Below, in pieces: positions 8,799 to 13,765 of a stretch of DNA of 13,765 nucleotides. The position numbers and the translations under genes are program-made. How positions within the stretch are numbered: the stretch's first letter is position 1; every line of letters begins with the position of its first letter. The notes beneath the pieces were generated by a model, which worked only from the letters and a program-made list of their open reading frames with translations, had not been told where the DNA came from and ran no database searches. Origin of the DNA: Candidatus Wolframiiraptor sinensis (GTDB lineage Archaea; Thermoproteota; Nitrososphaeria_A; Caldarchaeales; Wolframiiraptoraceae); assembly GCA_023261815.1 (NCBI GenBank), contig JALNKA010000022.1, positions 1 to 13,765 on the forward strand. Direction: 5' to 3'.

Positions 8799-9065
8799 GT
8801 GAGGATCAGGATCTTCGGGCCGCTTAGGGAGGTCTCGAGAGAGGATTTTTTCGAGGTTGATGCCGGCGAGAATGAGAGTCTCATAGACGTCTTGAGAAGG
8901 CTTCCAGAGCCCCTCCGGGAAAGGATCTTAGAGAATGGGGAGATTTCCCCCGAGCTCCTCGTTCTGATCGATGGCGTCGAGATCTCCTGCCTCGGCAAGC
9001 CGGATGAGATATCTCTTAAGGATGTTAGGGAGATACACATGGTGCCCGTGATTCATGGAGGCTGA
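8799..9065 (+). CDS. Ubiquitin-like beta-grasp protein (MoaD/ThiS/Urm1-SAMP family)
   Basis: RIRIFGPLRE...LVLIDG.EI...VPVIHGG-stop with a C-terminal diglycine. The start was moved from 8751 (the C' box of the sRNA) to the in-frame GTG 8799, which has GGAGG at 8784-8788. Confidence 0.9.
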   Translation: MRIRIFGPLREVSREDFFEVDAGENESLIDVLRRLPEPLRERILENGEISPELLVLIDGVEISCLGKPDEISLKDVREIHMVPVIHGG

Positions 9066-9073
9066 GATACAAT

Positions 9074-9640
9074 TTGAGGCTCATGAATTTCGGGGACAAG
9101 TGGGCCGCCGCATCCGTTCTGAAAAATCCTAGGAGAAGCTTTCTAGCCGATCCCGTTAAGATCCTAGATGCTCTTAGAGCCGCGAATAGGGGCGCGGTTA
9201 TACAGGCATTTGATGCCAAATGCGTCGCATCCGTTAGGCAGATTCACGCGGCGGCCGTCGCCGCCCACCTGGCCTTCAAGGCCGGAACAAATATCTCGAA
9301 GAAGATGGAGATGGAGCTTCTGCTCAGGCTCGCCGCGGATACCCAGATATGGAGAGCTCTCGATAGGCTCGGCGTGAGGGCGGACACAGAGGAGGTTGGC
9401 CTCTGCGTCCTCGCCGATGATAGAGCCTCGGCCGCGAGAATTGCGGAGGAACTTGCTAGAGCGGTGGGCGGCGTGGAGGTTGATGATGATTATCTCATGA
9501 GAAGCGAGAGGCTTGCTAAGGCCGCCGAATTCTACAGCATAGAGGAGGCGGAGATCGAGTCCGTTCAAGCGAGCAGTAGAGCTGAGGCGATATTCATCCT
9601 AATATTGGAGAGGATCGCTACCTTGGACCTCAGAAGATGA
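9074..9640 (+). CDS. cgi121: KEOPS complex subunit Cgi121
   Basis: IQAFDA..VAS..QI..A...A..AF..G.NIS....MELLLRLAA..QI..AL..LG and C-terminal LERIA.L match Cgi121/TPRKB. Start is TTG 9074 or ATG 9083. Confidence 0.9.
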   Translation: MRLMNFGDKWAAASVLKNPRRSFLADPVKILDALRAANRGAVIQAFDAKCVASVRQIHAAAVAAHLAFKAGTNISKKMEMELLLRLAADTQIWRALDRLGVRADTEEVGLCVLADDRASAARIAEELARAVGGVEVDDDYLMRSERLAKAAEFYSIEEAEIESVQASSRAEAIFILILERIATLDLRR

Positions 9641-10033
9641 GCGGGCGGCGAGCCTCGCGATCTTATCAGCCTCATAATTCTCACCTCTCTCAACATGCGT
9701 TACAACGAATTTCTCGAGGTTCCTGGCTAGGCTCATGAGCTCCGCGTATAGCGGCGATAGTCTGCTACTTTTAACAGAGTACTCCCCTTTAATCTGCTTA
9801 ACGAGGATCTCACTATCGGAGAAGAGCTCGACCTCGGATGCGCCTAGGGTCAGCGCCTCTCTCAAGGCCTCTATCGCCGCCAGATACTCCGCTTCATTAT
9901 TAGTCCTGATCCCGACATATCTCCCCCTACTGGAGATCAGCGTACCGCTTTCGTCGAATATCAGGTAGCCTATGCCGGCCGGTCCAGGGTTACCCTTAGA
10001 GCAGCCATCCGAGAATATCCTCAGCCTTCTCAA
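9599..10033 (-). CDS. rnhA: Ribonuclease HI family protein
   Basis: FSDGCSKGNPGPAG, TNNEAEY.A, SDSE.LV.Q..G.Y and HV.R..N..AD; all four acidic catalytic residues are present. Confidence 0.95.
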   Translation of the reverse strand: MRRLRIFSDGCSKGNPGPAGIGYLIFDESGTLISSRGRYVGIRTNNEAEYLAAIEALREALTLGASEVELFSDSEILVKQIKGEYSVKSSRLSPLYAELMSLARNLEKFVVTHVERGENYEADKIARLAARSSSEVQGSDPLQY

Positions 10034-10539
10034 GCCGCGGCCTTCTTCTCGATCTTTCTAATCACGATCTGATAGCTCTTGGGCAGCTTCTTTGAGGCTA
10101 GGTCGAGGGCCTCCTTCGCCGCCTCGAGGCCATTCTCTCTCACGAGGACCTTGAATACCGTGGAGCCGCGGAGAACTCTTGCAGCCCTCCCGACGGGCTT
10201 CCCGAAGGCGCGCCTCATCCCCTCCTGGAGCCTATCAGCGTGAGCGCCGAAGATCAGCTTATTCTCCCTCAAGACGTGGTGCGGGTGCGCCTTGAGCTCC
10301 GCGAAGTAGTTCGCTTCGCCAAGCTTCGAGCTCAGATACTTCGTTAAGGCAACTCTCGCGGATTCCAGCGAGACATCCCTGATCTGCACATCCTCCTTGG
10401 CGACCAGGGAGAGCTCATACTCGTAGTCATCAGAATATGTTCCGGCGGTGTATTTCGCTATTCTGGGCTGGGGGGCGCCGGCGATATAGTCAACCCTCGT
10501 ATACGGCCTCTCAAGAGATCTCCAGTTCTTTGCCTTCAT
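10030..10539 (-). CDS. rpl10e: 50S ribosomal protein uL16 (L10e)
   Basis: QIRD.SLESAR, PHHVLRENK, ADRLQEGMRRAFGKPVGRAARV, ASKKLP. Confidence 0.97.
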   Translation of the reverse strand: MKAKNWRSLERPYTRVDYIAGAPQPRIAKYTAGTYSDDYEYELSLVAKEDVQIRDVSLESARVALTKYLSSKLGEANYFAELKAHPHHVLRENKLIFGAHADRLQEGMRRAFGKPVGRAARVLRGSTVFKVLVRENGLEAAKEALDLASKKLPKSYQIVIRKIEKKAAA

Positions 10540-10568
10540 CTCCCGGGCTAGGCGTTAAAGCCGCTTAA

Positions 10569-11345
10569 TTAGGCTTCCTCCTGAAATCCGAGGAGCTCGC
10601 AGATGCGGAGAAGCTCATCGGGAGATAGCTGGAAGATTCTCTTGGAGGCTAGCTGCTCCGGGAGCTCTCTCACGAGGCTGGTGGGCAGCGCGCCATCCTT
10701 CGATAAGTCCATTAGAACACGCCTTAGCACCTGCCTCCTTCTCGTGAAGAGCCTCTTCCAGAGAAGCTTGCAGGAGCTTCCCAGCGCCGGAACCCCGCTC
10801 CTCCGCCTCATCACGACTATCGTCGAGTCGACCTTCGGAGGAGGCTTGAATAACGTTCTCGGAACGATCTCCATCCTCCTGATCTCGTAGAATAGGCTTG
10901 AGATCGCCGAGATGTACACGTATTTCGGCGAGCCGGGAGGGGCGGTCAGCTTGGACGCGAACTCCTTCTGGAGGGTTAATACCATGAGCTCCGGCAACTG
11001 CTCCACCAGCCACTCGATGAGCTTTGAGGAGATTCTGTAAGGCGGATTTGAGACGACTTTATTGATGCCGCCCGGCTTCAGGCGCAAGATGTCGCCGAGC
11101 AGCACCTCCACATTTGGATACACTTCTGAGATTGATCTAAGGTTCTCCGCGAATCTCTCATCAACCTCGACCGCTATCACTCTTCCAGCTTTTTCGGCCA
11201 GCCTCTTAGTGAGCTCGCCGCCTCCGGCCCCAACCTCCAATACGACGTCTGATCGAGATAGCTCCGCATACTCCACCATCCTATCGAGGATCTCTGGGTC
11301 TGTGAGGAAGTGCTGGCCGAGAGCCCTTCTCCTGCTCCCTCTCAT
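10569..11345 (-). CDS. rsmA: 16S rRNA adenine dimethyltransferase RsmA/KsgA/Dim1
   Basis: LGQHFL.D, VLEVGAGGG.LT, VEVD, VSNPPY.ISS, LQKEFA, F.PPPKVDS. Confidence 0.97.
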   Translation of the reverse strand: MRGSRRRALGQHFLTDPEILDRMVEYAELSRSDVVLEVGAGGGELTKRLAEKAGRVIAVEVDERFAENLRSISEVYPNVEVLLGDILRLKPGGINKVVSNPPYRISSKLIEWLVEQLPELMVLTLQKEFASKLTAPPGSPKYVYISAISSLFYEIRRMEIVPRTLFKPPPKVDSTIVVMRRRSGVPALGSSCKLLWKRLFTRRRQVLRRVLMDLSKDGALPTSLVRELPEQLASKRIFQLSPDELLRICELLGFQEEA

Positions 11346-11938
11346 GCCGCGGTTTCCCGGGATATCGGCGACCTAACGAATAGCCTGTATTTTTCCTCCG
11401 GGCTCCTGAGCTCCTCGAGTATTCTCTGCTGGAGCGCCTTCACAGGGTCGAGCACCCCACCGCGCTTCCTGAGGTCCTCGTAGCTCTCGAATGGCTTAAT
11501 CTCCCGCTCCTCTATTATCTTCATCGCGATCTTTTTCCCAATTCCCGGCATGAGCTCAAGCGCGTGCATCCTCGGCGTCAGGGGCCGAGCCGTGTTGAAG
11601 AAATCGACGAAGCGCTTCTCATTCTCCTCCAATATCTTGAGGATCACGCTCTCGAGATTCATCTTAGCGTTAACCGTCAAGTCGTCATAATTTATCCTCC
11701 TGAGAATTCTCAAGACGCTTCTGGGCACATCCTTCCCGATGTATAACCTGCTTCCCACCGCCGGCTTATTCCCCTTCGGTGTGGCCGCCTCGAGGAGCGT
11801 GAAGAACTCCTCGCCGAGAAGCTGGATCACGTTCTCATCCCTATGAACGATTATGTTCGAGGCTTGAGCCTTGATCTCTGAGGCGGGAAAGACGTCCAGC
11901 ACATACGCGAAGTCCTCGTATTTTTTCTGTCTCACCAA
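11342..11938 (-). CDS. DUF655 family putative RNA-binding protein (HhH motif)
   Basis: YEDFAYVLD, GEEFFTLLE, FVDFFNTA.PLT.RMHALELMPGIGKK, PFESYED; usual position between rpoF and rsmA. Confidence 0.93.
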   Translation of the reverse strand: MVRQKKYEDFAYVLDVFPASEIKAQASNIIVHRDENVIQLLGEEFFTLLEAATPKGNKPAVGSRLYIGKDVPRSVLRILRRINYDDLTVNAKMNLESVILKILEENEKRFVDFFNTARPLTPRMHALELMPGIGKKIAMKIIEEREIKPFESYEDLRKRGGVLDPVKALQQRILEELRSPEEKYRLFVRSPISRETAA

Positions 11939-11978
11939 TACGCCTCACATCCTGCTACAAGCAATTTATGCTCTACCA

Positions 11979-12341
11979 CTATTCTCTCTCTTTTGTTTCC
12001 TGCAGATAGGCTTTAATGAGCTCAACTATCGCCTGGAGCTTTTCCTCGGAGAAGAGAAGGGATGGAACAAGCCTCTTATAGCCGCTCAGGATTGCCCTGA
12101 GCTCCTCGACGTGAGTTGGGCAGATATCGACTATCTGGACGGCCTCTTCTCTCGTGAGCTCAAACCTTTCCATTAGCTCTTTTATCAGCTTCTCGGCCTT
12201 ATCGGCTGGAAGCTTCGAGTATCTTATAACATAGTTTAAGACTCTTTGCTGGAGGGTTGTCAGCTCGACCTCGCTGTTACTAAGTATTCTCTCGACCTCT
12301 GGAAGTGATAGTGGGGTTCGGGAGATTATCTTCCTCGCCAT
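11979..12341 (-). CDS. rpoF: DNA-directed RNA polymerase subunit F (Rpo4/Rpb4)
   Basis: LSLPEV..IL, Y...YSKL..DKA..L..EL, AVQIVDICP....ELRAIL; synteny with rpl21e. ATG 12341 is preferred over 12359, which overlaps rpl21e. Confidence 0.93.
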   Translation of the reverse strand: MARKIISRTPLSLPEVERILSNSEVELTTLQQRVLNYVIRYSKLPADKAEKLIKELMERFELTREEAVQIVDICPTHVEELRAILSGYKRLVPSLLFSEEKLQAIVELIKAYLQETKERE

Positions 12342-12346
12342 GGCGA

Positions 12347-12640
12347 TCACGTGCTCCACCTAATCAGGTGATCCGGGAGAATCATCAAAGTCCTAGAGCT
12401 CTCGCCAAGCCCGACCCTAACTATGTATGCTCTCCCCCGCTTGCCCAAAATCTCGCCTATCTTACCGTGATATCGCCTATGCGGCGCGCCCTTATGCACC
12501 GATGGGTTCAACTTGATAACGACCTTCTCGCCGGGCTGAAAATCCTGTAAATAGATCTCGGGGTTAGGCCCCTGCCTACTCCCCACGGGCCTCGTGAGCA
12601 GATCCCTGGACTTATAACGGAGCCCCTTAGACTTCGGCAT
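12347..12640 (-). CDS. rpl21e: 50S ribosomal protein eL21
   Basis: SKGLRYKSR.LL, F.PGEKV.I..NPSVHKG.PHRRYHGK.G...G.RGRAY.V, PDHL. Confidence 0.98.
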   Translation of the reverse strand: MPKSKGLRYKSRDLLTRPVGSRQGPNPEIYLQDFQPGEKVVIKLNPSVHKGAPHRRYHGKIGEILGKRGRAYIVRVGLGESSRTLMILPDHLIRWST

Positions 12641-12668
12641 TTTCCGACTTTTAGCTCGGATCTCCCAG

Positions 12669-12682
12669 CTTATATTTTTTGC
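12669..12682 (-). promoter_or_regulatory. Putative BRE/TATA promoter of the rpl21e operon
   Basis: Minus strand gcaaaAAATATAAg, about 30 nt before ATG 12640. Confidence 0.6.
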
Positions 12683-12691
12683 TAATTTTAG

Positions 12692-12729
12692 ACCCCTATC
12701 CCCTGTTTCTACCCCTATCCCCTGTTTCT
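12692..12729. repeat. Perfect 19-bp tandem duplication (ACCCCTATCCCCTGTTTCT x2)
   Basis: 12692-12710 is identical to 12711-12729. Confidence 0.95.
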
Positions 12730-12806
12730 AAAACTCTTCTCAAGACGCTATTTTCCGGATCTTCTCCTTGTCCATGGAAGCTGCTGAATATTTTGAGGAG
12801 CCTCAA

Positions 12807-12950
12807 TGAGGCTATCGCGGGTGGAGGGGCAGGAATAAAAGCCCTGATGAGGCCTGTAGTTAAAGCTTTTGATGCTCCACGAAGGAGTAATCCCCAGCTT
12901 GACGCAGGTGAAGGGTTGTCTAGATGCCCCTCCCGCCTCACCCTCTTTTT
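12807..12950 (+). ncRNA. Candidate structured ncRNA: long irregular hairpin with a K-turn and a 3' U-tract; class unknown
   Basis: Nested complementary segments folded by hand (see findings). G-U pairs and the K-turn work only on the + strand. TTTTT at 12946-12950. Confidence 0.6.
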
Positions 12951-12973
12951 CCTCCTTAAAACCTTTATCAGAG

Positions 12974-13624
12974 CTAAGTGCGGGAGCCAACCTTATCCCT
13001 GATCTTCTTGAGAAGATTACTTAATGGGCCTGTAAGCTTATCTGCTGGGATATCTAGATCTGCCTCAACATACTCCGGCGGCTCCCTGCTCGTCCCTCCG
13101 CCGATATACTTCAGCTCCATGGTCTCGATTCCCCTTAGAGTGCTCTCTAGAAGCTTCTGCCTCTGAATTCCTATCGAGACGGGGACCATGATTACCTCGT
13201 TCTTCTGGCTTATCCTGAAGACCTTGAAATTGAGATCCTGAAGCCTCCTCGTCTTCGCGTACTTGACCGGATCCAGCACCAGTGCCACCGCCTTCGGGAA
13301 GAGCCTCTGATACAGCTTCTGGGTCTCAATGTCTATCGCTGAGAGGAATACGTCGAAGCCCGGATGCGAGTGATACCACCCGACGATGTATAAGCCGGGC
13401 CTATTCCTGAGAACCCACTCCGCCGCCGCGCCTATAGTCTCCTCCTCCAGATAGACGAAGCCCGGCGTCGATTTCTGCTCGCCCGTAATGGCATCCCATA
13501 TCTCGAGCACATCTCCCTTCTTCAGGTACTTTCCAACGAGAAGGCCCGCGACCTCCCTATTCAAGTCGTCTAAGGCGTGCTTCAGCATCTTTCCCAGCGC
13601 CAGCGGATATATCCTAACCCTCAT
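12974..13624 (-). CDS. JAMM/MPN+ (Mov34/PAD-1) metalloprotease, Rpn11-like
   Basis: REVAGLLVG (catalytic E) and VGWYHSHPGFDVFLSAIDIETQ (HxHx7Sx2D), AVALVLDP. Start moved to ATG 13624 (MRVRIYPLAL), with a TTTAAG TATA-like box about 28 nt upstream. Confidence 0.93.
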   Translation of the reverse strand: MRVRIYPLALGKMLKHALDDLNREVAGLLVGKYLKKGDVLEIWDAITGEQKSTPGFVYLEEETIGAAAEWVLRNRPGLYIVGWYHSHPGFDVFLSAIDIETQKLYQRLFPKAVALVLDPVKYAKTRRLQDLNFKVFRISQKNEVIMVPVSIGIQRQKLLESTLRGIETMELKYIGGGTSREPPEYVEADLDIPADKLTGPLSNLLKKIRDKVGSRT

Positions 13625-13765
13625 GCAGGAGAAAACACCGTTCAAGAAAATCTTAAACATTCTTATGCTATTAGCTCGGGGAGGGGTGGCGCCCCTCACC
13701 CAAATCTTACTGAAAAACTCTCGAGAAATACTTTCTTAGAGGATTCCTGCACAACATATTTATAT

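Noticed and set aside
12692-12729. CRISPR array
   Set aside because: Only two directly abutting 19-bp copies, with no spacer and no cas genes.
12844-12935. Hammerhead ribozyme (CTGATGA...stem...GAA)
   Set aside because: The core continues GAAG rather than GAAA, and I cannot build convincing stems I and III with a UH cleavage site. A K-turn explains the motif better.
12660-12974. SRP RNA, RNase P RNA or fluoride riboswitch in this ~300-nt gap
   Set aside because: No SRP helix 8 motif, no GAGGAAAGUCC-type RNase P motif, and no GGCGAUG...CGCC stem with a matching pseudoknot.
12679-13002. Short ORFs 12679-13002 (+), 12696-12941 (-) and 12748-12990 (-), or a TnpB C-terminal remnant
   Set aside because: No recognisable domains and non-ATG starts. 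LLNILR and DRG resemble TnpB tails only faintly, lie on opposite strands, and lack the Zn finger and RuvC Asp.

Overview
Archaeal, probably hyperthermophilic (complete reverse gyrase) and probably TACK-type DNA (HGG-ending Urm1/SAMP-like protein, Rpn11-like JAMM protein); the lineage is an inference. Left to right: 5' end of an aldo/keto reductase (missing from the ORF track); a prenyltransferase/squalene-oxidase-repeat gene split by an apparent deletion and frameshift; a DUF6062-like Cys/His protein; MarC; a stand-alone PqqD/RRE protein; a zincin-like protein lacking its metal ligands; a HAD hydrolase; reverse gyrase; a Urm1/SAMP-like gene and cgi121; the minus-strand cluster rpl21e-rpoF-DUF655-rsmA-rpl10e-RNase HI; and a JAMM/MPN+ protease. 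The best non-obvious signals are two RNAs. One is a well-formed box C/D guide sRNA (8718-8776) whose two guides appear to match both strands of SSU rRNA helix 34. The other is an unclassified ~140-nt K-turn-containing hairpin (12807-12950) near a perfect 19-bp tandem duplication. Family assignments and rRNA sequences are from memory; no searches were run.
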